A model generated the notes under the pieces. It was not told the origin of the DNA, searched no databases, and was given only the letters and a program-made list of their open reading frames with translations. DNA of 64,000 bases. It comes from Hydrolagus colliei (lineage: Eukaryota). A program made the translations under genes and the position numbers. The stretch lies in assembly GCA_035084275.1 (NCBI GenBank), contig CM068748.1, forward strand, positions 15,934,001 to 15,998,000, given 5' to 3'. Shown piece after piece: positions 39,240 through 50,950 of this stretch. Within the stretch, counting starts at the first letter, position 1, and the number at the start of each line of letters is the position of its first letter.

Positions 39240-39635
39240 CTCTAGATCAAAAGGTTATAGATTGAAGACCTAAACTAGGAGACGTTTATAATCTAGGCTG
39301 ACATTCCAGTGCAATGATAGAGAAGTAAAACCTTTCTGGAGATGCAATCCTTCAAATAAGGCTCTGCCTATTTTGGTGGTTCATGTGAAAGTTAACTTTC
39401 TGTTGGTATTATTTTGAAGCAGAGGAGAATTTTCCATCTTATCTGACTAGTATTTTATCCTCACCCAAATTCACAAAAGATACCCAAATTAATCGAACCT
39501 TTTATTGTTTGTTTGACTTTGCTGGTGTAAATTAGTTGCCACATTTGTCTCTGTGAGTGTCGAAACTTCAAAGTGTCTCCTTATGTGAAGTATTCTGGAC
39601 ATGATAAGATGCCATATCAAATACAGTGATTATAT
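39240..39635 (+). mobile_element. Old SacSINE1-like DeuSINE
   Basis: ATAATCTAGGCTGACATTCCAGTGCA…AAATTAGTTGCCACATTT…GATAAGATGCCATATCAAAT. Confidence 0.65.
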
Positions 39636-40179
39636 TATTTGACACTTCTGACAATACTGGTCTGAAATCACTCCCAAGAAATCTTCAGGGTAACTTTCAT
39701 TCTCTCCTAAAGAGTGATTTGGCTCAGATTAGGAGCTTGAAGAAATGATAATTGAGGTTTCATCCTGCTGTTCCGTGCAATTACACAGTAGTCCTATTTG
39801 GGTGCTCTATCATGTCACCACTTTTCTACAAAGCACTACATTTACTTAATAAAATTGCAATACAATTGAAATTGTATTGCAAAGTGCAGAATCCACAAAC
39901 CCAATTTGTTTGTCTCAATTCTCTTCATCAATTATTTGATAGCAATTATGCCTGTCACCCAAAGACAGACTATATCATGTTATATTTTTTACTCATCAGA
40001 GACACATTTAAGCATCTCCAAAGCACACAAACGTATGACACCTACACCATGCTTACCTAATTCCACTGAGTATTAGATACAGTTTGTCACCAGTTAGGCT
40101 CAGGGACACCAGAGTGTGTTTTGAGATGCTATTGGAACTTAACCAGCTAGAACTGCAAAGCTTGCAGTTCAGTCCGTTG

Positions 40180-40505
40180 TCCAGCAAGCTCCCCACTGCT
40201 TGTCTCACTCACTTTGATGGACCGTTGGCTTCAAGAGCTAACAGAAACCAAGTAGGAAAAATTCATATGCTTAGTGCCCAAGTTCTGCTTATGAGCCATA
40301 CTGGCTTGTCTGTCACACCTGATGTGCCTTGGAGGACTGTAGACCCACCTGGTTCAGTAAAGGAATTACCACAGAAGGTGGACTCAATTATGGCCATCTT
40401 CTTCTTGACCCCTCTCCCTTGCCCAGAGGTCCAAACTTGTCCTTGTAAAGCACTCCCAAGATATCACCCTATGTGAAGGGCCCTATGTAAATTCAAGTTA
40501 TTATA
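40180..40505 (+). mobile_element. Decayed L2 3' end
   Basis: Ends TGTAAAGCAC…TGTGAAGGGCCCTATGTAAATTCAAGTTATT. Confidence 0.5.
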
Positions 40506-40983
40506 TTCTTTTGAGCGACAATAGGCAACAATCAGTTTTCCATAGTTAAGGAAATAGGATGATGTTATTAATTGAAAAAGAAAGAAAAGTTTTAAATGTT
40601 TTATTAGATGTTGGAAAGCATTTATTTCTCAAAAACATATGAAGATGACTCTGTTGTACGTAAAGACCTTCAATTTATCTCACTGTAGTTTCCCATTAAC
40701 GTCTCACCACAGGTTTTCCCCAATTCAAAGGACGATTCAGTTTCTAAAGCAGCCCAAATGGTGTTTCGTTACCCATTTACCAAACCACTCCCCATAAATC
40801 TGCAAAGAGAAGAAGCTCTGGTAAAAATAATTGCTAGCAAGAAAAATCACGGCAGAAATCAGTTTTGCATCTTATGAATACAAAATTAAAAACAATGAGT
40901 AATAGAGGAAGGAGTAGAGATAGTGGAATGCAATAACAACTTGCATTTTTGTAGTGCTTTTCATGCAGGATAACTTCTCAGTT

Positions 40984-41910
40984 AGAATCATAGAATATTA
41001 CAGCACAGAAGGAGGCCATTCAGCCCATTATGCCTACACTAACTCTTTGGAAGAACTACCCAATCAGACCCACTCTCCCGTTCTTTCCCCATACTCCAGC
41101 AAATTTGTTCCTTTTCAAGTACAGTAGAAACCCGTTTATCTGGGCATCTACCGATGAATCGGCACTTCCGTATAACCTGCACGCCAAACAAAGTCCCCAT
41201 TCGATAAACCGGAACTTATATGGAACAATAGCGGTGGAGCATTTGTAAATGCATAAATAACAGAATATTGTATTGGTACTTATTGTTAAAACTACTCTCT
41301 TGCGCTTCTCACCTTTACTGGTAGATGTTTCGCTTGAATGCTGCGGTTGAGGTTTATAGTCCAGTGATTCTTTTTAAAATGGAGCACGCCAAGCGGGTGA
41401 AAAAAACGGAGTGCAACTTTAAAGCTTTACTCGTGGCAAGCCGATAACGCTAGCTGATAATCCACATTGTCGCGCAGGTGCAGTATTTCGGCTTGCCGCT
41501 ATAGAGTCTAGGGTTATCGGCTTGCCGCTAGTAAAGTTTAAAGGCACGCTGTCGTTTTTTTCACCCGCACAGCATTCTCTTTAAAACAGAATCGCTGGAC
41601 TGTAAACCCCAACCAGTAAAGGTGAGAAGTGCAAGAGAGTAGTTTTAATAATAAGTACCAATACAATATTCTGATATTATCTGTTATTATTTTGTCTGGT
41701 GTGTATGGTGTGTGTTAAAAGAATTTAATTTTTTTTGTAGTGGGTTTTTGGCCATGGGCCGCCCAAGTATGCAGCAGGCGCTTTAACCGGCATTGGCCAG
41801 GTCCCGTGGGTGCCATATTAATGGGCTTTTACTGTACCTATCTAAATCCCTTTTGGAAGTTGTTATTGAATCTGTTATTACCACCCATTCAGGCATTGCA
41901 TTCCAGACTA
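40984..41910 (-). mobile_element. CR1 3' end, split by a MITE at a TA
   Basis: AGAATCATAGAATATTACAGCACAGAAGGAGGCCATTCAGCCCA…CCTTTTCAAGTA [MITE] CCTATCTAAATCCCTTTTGGAAG…GCATTCCAGA. Confidence 0.85.
41122..41834. mobile_element. Non-autonomous Tigger/pogo-like MITE with long internal palindrome
   Basis: TA|CAGTAGAAACCCGTTTATCTGG…CCATATTAATGGGCTTTTACTG|TA, imperfect ~23-bp TIRs with TA duplication. The flanking CR1 is continuous when the element is removed. Confidence 0.88.
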
Positions 41911-42021
41911 TATATTGAGGTATTTTGGAAATGTAAAGTGCATCTCAGGATTGATTGTAAATTTCTCACAGGTATTCTTGCTTGGAATATGCAGTCAAAT
42001 AAATTTCAAGATTACTTGATA

Positions 42022-42250
42022 GTGATTTGATAGCACTTTTCACGTCTTCTAGATGTCTCAAAGCGCTTCACAGAATATACTATGAAATGAATTGACTGCA
42101 TTTATGTGGATGAGGTGTGGCAGCCAATTTCACACAGCAGTATTCCAAGACAGTCATGGATTGAAATGATCAATTTATTATTGTGTTTTTGAGGGATTAT
42201 TATTAGTAGGCATGTGGAGAAGGAAACTTGCCCAAGGTTTTGCCAGGCAG
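42022..42250 (-). mobile_element. SINE2-1_CM-like, head truncated
   Basis: TAGCACTTTTCACGTCTTCTAGATGTCTCAAAGCGCTTCAC…GGAAACTTGCCCAAGGTTT. Confidence 0.9.
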
Positions 42251-43265
42251 ATGGAATCTTGTCTGACAGCGTCCCTGTCATCCCTGGCTTCTGTTTTAAG
42301 GATATAATATTGTTATTATAGTCTTAGCATGTTTGATTTTTTTCATTTTCATCCTACCTCACTTCTATCAAGGGGCGATCACAAGTCTTGCAATCAAATT
42401 ACTTTTCCAAGAGAACAATGCTCCATGTAGTGCTTAGTTTAATACACCTTGGCAACATTTATCGACAATGAAAATAATGTATTGTTCAGCAGTTGAATTA
42501 TTGCAATAGTCAACACAGGAATAGGCTTATCACATATCACAAATTTCATTTCAAGGCTGTCGCTGTTGAAGAGTAATCCATTGCTGCTGATTAAAATATT
42601 CTTTTTCTTAGTACATTTGATTACAGCTCCTCAGCTCATTATGTTTACAGTGAAACTCCCACTTGAATTAAATTGAGGTATATGAAATGGACATTAAGGG
42701 TTGGCCTTTCTATTGGTGTTTTACTATACTGTAGGTAGGTACCCTGTACTTGGAAAAATTGCTGTGTTTTTGCTGTTAATAGTGCAAAAGTTTTAATGAT
42801 CTATTTTCATTGCTCCTTTTCAATCTTATTTTAAAAACTCCTGGCAGCTGTAATATAAGACTACATTGTTACCAAGAGAATTTAAGCTTCTGACAGCTCC
42901 TTACACATGAATACCGTCCTAATTTTTACTCAAACTATTCTCAGACATTTGTCCCTGTGGTGCAGCCCGACATCATGAAACAATTTGGAGCTTCTTTTGG
43001 TTACAAAATTAAGTGGACTGCCTTCAAGCTCTTATTGAACTTATTTTCCCAGCAGAAATTTAGGATTTTTATGGCATGTTTGAGGGAATATAGCTTGGAT
43101 TAATTGTCAACCTGAATTTAGATTCAGTCAGAAAATATAACCTTCAAAATAATTAATAAAGATGATTTGTTGCAATCTATTGTGATGAAGTCAAGACTAA
43201 TTTCTAATTTCTGCTGCCTCTGTCCCAGGGAGATGCCTGGTGGTGGTTTTCTTGAGCCACTCTTG

Positions 43266-43284
43266 CACGCCACCTAGTGCCTGG
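43266..43284 (-). promoter_or_regulatory. Candidate CTCF site
   Basis: Reverse complement CCAGGCACTAGGTGGCGTG; one core mismatch. Confidence 0.35.
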
Positions 43285-43687
43285 CTCAAGACAATCATTT
43301 GCAGAGTGTTGGGAAAAGGTGACACGGTCATTCGACAGGGTGCAAAATTTTATTGGCGACAATTAGTAAATATAGTAACAAAGATGAATTCTGTGACCAA
43401 TGAGTTGAGAAGGATTTGCATTATGTTGGATACTCTTTAAGAAGAAATCACCAATTAGCTAGGAACCAATGGAAATGTAAAGCAGGGTGCAAGGGGGATG
43501 TGAGGGTAATTAACAAAAAGGATTTGGGTTAGTATTATTGGATTGGTTTTGAGAGCTGAGAATAAAATAGTGATTTCTACATTTGAGTTGTGAGAACATA
43601 ACACATTAATTCAGCTTGGTTGGAGAAAGTAGGAAGAGGAAATTATACTGTAGGTTAGCTACTAACTTTCTGTACTGGAGGTTACAT

Positions 43688-43989
43688 TATAGTACTAAAC
43701 CTTGCATTTTTGATATAGTGCTTTTCACATCTTCTAGACTTTTCAAAACGCTTCACACAATATACTGTAAAGTGAATTGACTGTCTATTTGTGGGCGAAA
43801 TGTGGCAGCCAATGGGGCACAGCAGTGTCCCACAAACAGTTATGGATTGAAATCACCCAATTTATTATTGTTTTTGCGAGGGTTTATTATCAGGCATGTG
43901 GAGTAAGGAAACTTGTCCAAGGTTTTGCTCTGCCTGGAATCAAACCCAGGTCTCTTGCTTATGTCGAGTGCTCCAACCACTGAGCTACA
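43688..43989 (-). mobile_element. Full-length SINE2-1_CM-like
   Basis: CCTTGCATTT…AACCCAGGTCTC…AACCACTGAGCTACA (reverse A box). Confidence 0.93.
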
Positions 43990-44746
43990 CCATTATATTA
44001 TTTTAGGTTAGTTACTAACCTTCTACAGTGCTGAAGATAAATGAAGTTTTGCAGCACCATTTAGACTTAAATATAGAACAGCTCAGAATTAAATTTAGAA
44101 CCTGAGGCCGTTTAAATCAGGCCAATTTAATTAACATGCAAAACCTTGTCCAATTTGAACTCTAAGCCATTCGAGAGACACCTTAAATATTGAATACATT
44201 GGTCAGATGCTTTGTCCTAATCTGAACGTATATGATCTTGGCTTTGTTTCTGTGGAGCAAATGGGACACAACTTTATTTGAGGTGTATTTTGTAAAAACA
44301 GTTTCATTTTCTTTGTAAAAACAAAATATGCTTTTTGCAAGCATCTTAAAATGTGATTCAGAATGTGTTTACTGTGACTTGCATTTAAGTGCCATTGTTT
44401 TTCATCCAAATCAAGCGGGTATGTGAATTGATCAACTTAAATTTGCAAGAATGCTGTAATGATTTGTGATTTACGCTGCATTGCATTAAAGTGTGGAGCA
44501 CATCTTGTCCAGAATTGCTTACATATGAATCATTGAGTGGATTTTTGTTGTAATAAATGTACTCCAGCAAGATCCTAATGCATAATTTACAAAATTCCAC
44601 CTGGAACTTTAATGTAACATTGATGTAATTACTTCATACTGTCCTCTTTTCTGATTAGCATTTCTATTTGGCTTATCTTTGGTTCATGATATTCATTTTT
44701 AATTCTTTATTTTACAGTTGTTTTTTTTCTTTTTTTCTCTTCTTAG

Positions 44747-44808
44747 GTCGTCTTAGTCTTTGCTCTCAGCATTGGTGCACTTGTAATATACTTCATAGAT
44801 TCTTCAGA
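44747..44808 (+). CDS. KCNMA1: Internal coding exon of the large-conductance Ca2+-activated K+ channel alpha subunit (BK/Slo1), S1 segment; equivalent of human exon 3
   Basis: Long polypyrimidine tract + TTAG acceptor (AG 44745-44746) and GA|GTAAGT donor (44809). 62 nt, phase 0 to 2. Translates [20 protein letters not shown]+GA, matching the recalled vertebrate Slo1 sequence ...[24 protein letters not shown](N/D)PIESC. Confidence 0.97.
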
Positions 44809-47397
44809 GTAAGTATCCCCAACACATTTTAATTCTGAGAAAAGCAGGCAAAAATGTAAATGATTTCAGTTTATAATTAAAAATGTTTTTATACCATTAC
44901 AGTAATTTGAGAAATATTAATGTTTCAAGAGTCTTTATTAATGATGATTGGCATTTTAAGTAATTTACAAATGTTAAATTGTTGCTGTTCTATTTTCAAA
45001 TTAAATACTCAAATGTGGGATAATTTATTATGTGTTCTACATAGTTACATTCAACAATCAGTCATTGTCTCCTCTTTCTGGGGCACATTATGTGCTGGTC
45101 TATTGAAGTTACAGTTAATATTGGCTAGAGTAAACAGGCGTCTGTTTTTATTTTTGCATTTCTCAATAACAGGAATTGGAAGTACATATTCATAACTCTG
45201 AGCTTCCTATGCTAACAAATCAGGGACATTTCTATATAAACATGTGTACAAGACTGCCAGTTACTCAAGCTCACTTGTCTTTGCTGGAGTTTTGTCAATT
45301 GTAAGTTCGATCATCACATGGAAGATATCCTTTTGTGATAAGAGAGAGCAAGAGATGAGAGACTGCCACTAGCAACTACAACAATTTGTACAGACACAGG
45401 CAAGCGTTCGTACAGTCTTGCTCCGGACTGTCATATCCTCCTAGACGGGATTATATATGTCAGTGAATGGATGAAAAATAGACAAAAAAATCTATACAAG
45501 AATGTAAACACATGACAGGATTTAGCAAATAATCTATGGTATATTAACATATCTTGACTAACATAAAAATGGCAGCTGATTTCTCTACGATTGCTGTAAA
45601 AATCTTAAATTCAAAGTTATTTTAAACACCCTGCAATTTAAAAGGTAAAAGGTAACAAACACTGGTTGCAATAGTGCAAGCTGCTTAAAACAACCAGAGG
45701 GAGATTTGATCCTCTATTATCTCTTCTATTTTAATTCTAAGTAATAGAAATAAGCAACAGATTGTTTTATGTACACAGAAATCCTTATGTGGCAAAAAAT
45801 CAAAAAAAAGAAAAATTAAAGTAACATTTTCAAAGTATTCCATGGATGAATTAAAATATAAGTTTAGAATCACTTCCACTTTTGCCATTTTTTTTCATGA
45901 AAGCCACCCATCCAACGTCAAATTAACTAAACTGTAGAAGATTAATTTTAGTCAGACACATGTGATGGGAGCAAAGCATGGTTTGGTCAACATTTGCACT
46001 GCATCTCAGATTAAATGTTTCAGTACTTTAATGTAAGAGATTACAGAAAAGGGACAGAATTGATTAATTTTCTTTCAGGTGCTACTATTTAAATCTGTAA
46101 AATGTTTGGGGTTTTATTATTGGAAAAAAATTTGACAGAAGTGGTCTAAAGATGTTTTGACATGAATTATATAAATATACAGAGAGGTGAGGTGATCCTT
46201 GGTTCGGAGCATAGTGCACGTATGTTAATCAGTATGATTTTACTACTAAAATTTAAAAAAAAACCTTACTTCAATAGTTAAATGTGGCCTGCAGAAGTAA
46301 GGACAGCAAACCGATTTTATTTGTCTCATCTCCTGCTTTGCACAACTTCAATATTTTTTTTAAAAAGTATTAAGTTGTTTGGTGCTTACCAGCTGAAAAG
46401 GTAGGGCGTCAGTAACATTTTTGTTCTAAAGAAGGCTGCAAGCTTAACATTTTATTAATGGAATCTGCCATCAAAATTACTTTATCTAACACCAGCTCTT
46501 TCTCCCATTCATTTTCTCTTTTAAAAAAAATCAAATTGTTAGTTCATCAAGGTAAGATGTGCATGTCCTTGTTTTAATCTTTTCATTGTTTAGACAAATT
46601 TGCATTGCTGCAGAACGTAGACACGTCTGAGAAAGTAGCATTGAGTAGACTGCTAGATCTATTAGACCGGAGAAGCATGCGATCGCACCCATTTACTTTG
46701 GGACGGTACTAGTGAATTAATTTTAGCACTTGCTTTTTATTTAGCTAGACTCTTTCCTTGCATAAATATACTAGCTGTAGAAACCTGCCTACCCAAGAAT
46801 GCTTCTGTCAATAGTATTCTAGCAATGCATGCAATTAGAAATAGTCATTATTCATAATATTCATGTAAAATATTATTTATTTGAAATTGTTTCAAAGAAT
46901 TTTAACACATTTCTTTTTCAGTTTTGTTCACATTTTATGTCTGACAAAAACTGAAAATAATTGCAGTGGTTCTGTGTGAAATTATTGTACAGTGCAAAAC
47001 GCTTGCAAAATCATATATTGCCTCTACCCGCTTTATTTGGGTGGTGAGGAATACCAACCATTACCAACCTTACAGGTTGATAAAGCAAATATCCTTACAG
47101 GATTTATTTTGCACCCCCATTCATATATTCCTTCACAGCTTCTCCATATAACAAGTGATCAATTAACAGTGATGGTAAAGACGATGGCAATTCATTCTAC
47201 CATTCAGTAGTTGTCAATGTTTCAGTTAGAGATGTAACAATTCACTAATGATTTCTTTAATAAGTGCGTGAACCATGATGATTCTTCACACATTATGAAG
47301 GGAAGTAATGGCTGCTACAGTGATCTTCCTATTGTATTTTTTTGCAGAAATTAACATTACATGCATTTTCTATTTGTGCTTATCGTTTAAAGTGGAA

Positions 47398-47765
47398 CCG
47401 GTGGAACTCTCGCTTCTGCATCAGAAGGTTGTAGGTTCAAGGCACATGTTGGGACATTGGGGGAGCTTTGCATTGTCATACTATCCTAAAAATAAGTTAA
47501 ACTGAGGTCCATGTTCATCAACAAAATTATATTTGTATAGTCCCTTTCATGTTGGGAGGATGTCCCATCCCGTTCAGCTACACTTTAAAGATTCCTTGGC
47601 CCTATTTGAAAAGAAAAGGGAGTTTCTCTTGGTGTTCTAGCTAACAATGTCCCAGATAATATTGGTTATTTATTTCATGGCTGTTTGTGGGACTGCACAA
47701 TAAGCTGCCACTTTTGCTTAAATGCAGTCTCTATACTTTACCATAAATCCTGTGAATTGAAAGAG
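47398..47765 (+). mobile_element. Old SacSINE1-like DeuSINE with a nested minus-strand L2 tail (47519-47567)
   Basis: CTCTCGCTTCTGCATCAGAAGGTTGTAGGTTCAAG…TTAAACTGAGGTCC…TATTTGAAAAGAAAAGGGAGTTTCTC…GCTGTTTGTGGGA. Confidence 0.75.
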
Positions 47766-48839
47766 AGAAGAAATTGAAGATCTCGAGCCTTGATCATCTA
47801 CAAATGAAGAATAATCTAACCAAGTGATCTGGGAGTGAATGCTTGAGTTGATGCAGCTTGTCTGCTTGACTGTATAGATGCTTATTATAGTGCACTGCCA
47901 AAACTGAACTATGAGTCTAGGAGCCAAAAGAAAAGGTATTAATAATAACACATAATTTATTCCCAAATGTGATGTTGTGAAGAGGTGCAGTAAAATGCAT
48001 TTGTCAGAAGAGATAAAGTGAGTTCAGACTTGACATATTTGATTTCTTCACGGCTGCAGCATAAATACATACTGCAGCTGCAATGAATTGTAAAGTGCTA
48101 AATCTTTTCCAATATTATGATGTAAGCTACCTAAGTCAGCAAACTGCAGAATGCTGTAGTGGAAAAAGAGTAGGTGGGTATTCTTATAAAATTAGATTAA
48201 ATTAAAACTGATTTGAAGATTTTCCCCAATTCTGTGCAATCTCACATTTTAGACAGAAGGGTCTTATGAGCTAAGACTAAAGAACTCTGGGCCACAGAGG
48301 CATTTGTATATCACAAAGAAAATTGTGCATACAGGGGAATTGTTCAGATCAAACAACTGGATTGTCCTTTGCTTTTGTCGACCCATTAATATGCAGGCAA
48401 AGTGAATGCTGTTTTCATGTTCTGGAATTTTTGTGTGCCATAAGAAATTTAATTATAAACAACATCTGTGGTGCTGATGGGTTGATTTTGATGAAGATCA
48501 TTGAAAGGCAAAACAAATTTATCTTCACTTTAAACCAGGAGCAGTCTAGACAATTAAATGTTGACTTGTCAGAATGTGAATAGTCAGATGAAGTGACGGG
48601 TTTTCAAAGCAGAAAAGTGTTCTAATAAAAGATCAGTTCATGTTTAGCAGGATTGGGAGTGGAATTGGGACGGGGCGAGGTGGAGGGACTGCGGGATTGA
48701 GTTCCAGAGATTCTAGAGATTGGGGGCAGAGTGGCTGAAGGCTCACCCATTTCATCCATTTAATAACTAGCAATTATATTTAGATCAGTCACTTCCTAAT
48801 TCACAAGGGAAAATGACAAACAATTGAACTGCATTTAAC

Positions 48840-49016
48840 TAAGGATGATAGGAATGTATTGGATTAATTTATAGGTGGTTGAGGCCTACAGGTTCATCTC
48901 ATTTCAGATGCGGCTCAATATTGTAGTAAGAGAATGATAGTGTATGTATTCTGGTAGGAAGAGATGAAATAGGCTGAAGGGCATTTTTCATCTAAGTCTC
49001 TCTTGCAATCTTGTGA
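48840..49016 (+). mobile_element. CR1 3' end
   Basis: GTGGTTGAGGC…TCATTTCAGATGCGGCT…ATAGGCTGAAGGGCATTTTTCATC…ATCTTGTG. Confidence 0.55.
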
Positions 49017-49021
49017 GCTAA

Positions 49022-49290
49022 GCATCCTGTAGCTCAGTGGTTAGAGGACTCCCCTCCCAAGTGGGTTCGATTTCTGGCAGTGCGAAACCACATGCCTGAT
49101 AATAATCCCTCAAGAAAAATACAATAATAAATTAGTCATTTCAATCCACGACTGTTTGTGGGCCACTGCTGTGTGCAATTGGCTGCCATGTTTGCCCACA
49201 ATTCATTTTACAGTATATTGTGTGAGACACTTTGAAATGTCCAGAAGGCGTGAAAAAGGCTACATCAAATGCAAGGATTATTATTATTAT
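49022..49290 (+). mobile_element. SINE2-1_CM-like, near full length with small deletions
   Basis: TCCTGTAGCTCAGTGGTTAGAG…GGTTCGATT…AAATGCAAGG(ATT)n. Confidence 0.92.
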
Positions 49291-49749
49291 AAACCATTCC
49301 ATTTAGCAGCCATTTAGTATGTCATGGTGAATAAAGGAATATTCTGCAAATTAAGTAAATAGACAAAATAGTTAATATTTCTTAAGACTGGAGTAAAAAA
49401 ATTCAAACATAAATTTGCACCAGTATTTATAGGAGATGAAGAATTTAATAATGCAACAAGCTGGTTACTGACCATATCTCCGAGGTGTTCCTGTGTGGGA
49501 TGTGATTATTGATTGCTTCATAAAACAGTACTTTATCAAAGTACCAAGACAAAAGTAATTCTGACAACTAATTATGCAAATGGAGAAACACTTTTGTGAT
49601 TCCAACACCAATACCTTCTGTAATAAATGAAGTAAATTAAATAAGTGTACAGCTCTAGAAATTAATTATGTGTTGCACTGAAAAAAAGTGAAATGGATGA
49701 GTATTTTAGTAAAAGGTTTAAGTGTACAGTATTAGCAATCCCAATGCTA

Positions 49750-49875
49750 AATAATAATAATAATAATAACAAATCCTTGCCTTTCATTGTTGGGAGCACA
49801 TCCCAAACTGCTTCACAGTAATTGCTTCCTCATGCAGTGACTGTGTACATTATTTTGTAGGCGAACATGTTGGTT
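49750..49875 (-). mobile_element. Deu SINE/L2-type 3' tail
   Basis: (AAT)n AACAAATCCTTGC…CATCCCAAACTGCTTCACAG…TTTGTAGGCGAAC. Confidence 0.65.
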
Positions 49876-50214
49876 CATATCAGTAAAATAAAATGGATTC
49901 TCACACACCTCCAGCACATTTGCACAAACCATTTAACAGGCTGCATCCACCATCTGTCATTGACATATTTCAATCAGCATTCAAGAATTCTGTTAAGCTT
50001 TCTTTTTCGTTGGGTTGGAGATTGCAAATTGTTATTCCTCAGAAGTCAGGAATTTATCTCATTTGTGTGTGTCTGTTTTTCTCCTCTTGAGACCTCCTTA
50101 CCTTGAAGATAATGACCCATGCTAGGTACAATTCTATGGGGGCTGACTCACCGTATGGCAATTCACCCAAGGAGTCATTCATTGTACACAACCCTGGACC
50201 GAGCATCAGTAAGG

Positions 50215-50420
50215 GAAACATGGAAATCTACGGTGCAGAAAGAGACCGTTTGGCCCATCAATCCTGCTCAATCTGACTGGCTTTTTCCCAATACCCTTTG
50301 AAGCATTTCTTTTCCATACGCCCATCTACTTTCCTCTTGAAAGCTACAATGGAATCCATCACCACCATCCTATTTGCAGAGTGTTCCAAATCCCTACGAG
50401 TCTCCTTTCACTCGTTTTGT
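50215..50420 (-). mobile_element. CR1 3' end
   Basis: CATGGAAATCTACGGTGCAGAAAGAGACCGTTTGGCCCATC…GTGTTCCAAATCCCTAC. Confidence 0.75.
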
Positions 50421-50839
50421 GGCTACTGTATAATTATATCTCCTAGGTACTGGCTCAGGCATCCAAGTCTATAATTTCAAATTCTTGCTAGTTTAATTAC
50501 ACTGCCTTTGCACTAAGACTCCAGAGGTCAGAACTTTCACAGCTGGGAGAGCAGCCGAGTCTCTGACTCATCGTTTCAGAATGATAACGACTGTTTCCCC
50601 TCTGTGATGCATAAGCTAATGACTCAGATTCACTCTGTCATCACTTAAGGAGTTGCCATTAAAATGATAGGGTTAGCCATCTGGGATAGATGTTCTGATT
50701 CATTCCATTATAGCACTCCTTTCAGAGTGCACAACCAGGTTATAAACTCTGATGCATTTCATTTAGTCAGCGTATTTTTATTTTTTTTAAATGATCAACT
50801 TTACTCAATTAAGGCACAGGCTGCAATTTTTTGAATAAA

Positions 50840-50950
50840 AATAATAATCCTTGCATTTGATATAGCGCTTTTCATGTCTTCCAAACATCTCAAAGCGCTT
50901 CACAGAATATACTGTAAAGTGAATTGACTATATTTTTGTGGACGAAACAC
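50840..50950 (-). mobile_element. SINE 3' fragment
   Basis: AATAATCCTTGCATTTGATATAGCGCTTTTCA…GAATTGACTATATTTTTGTGG. Confidence 0.92.

Larger units (their letters stand above)
1..44746 (+). other. KCNMA1: KCNMA1 intron upstream of the S1 exon (5' end outside window)
   Basis: Ends at the acceptor of the S1 exon. The preceding exon (…[23 protein letters not shown]) was not found by eye in the window. Confidence 0.8.
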
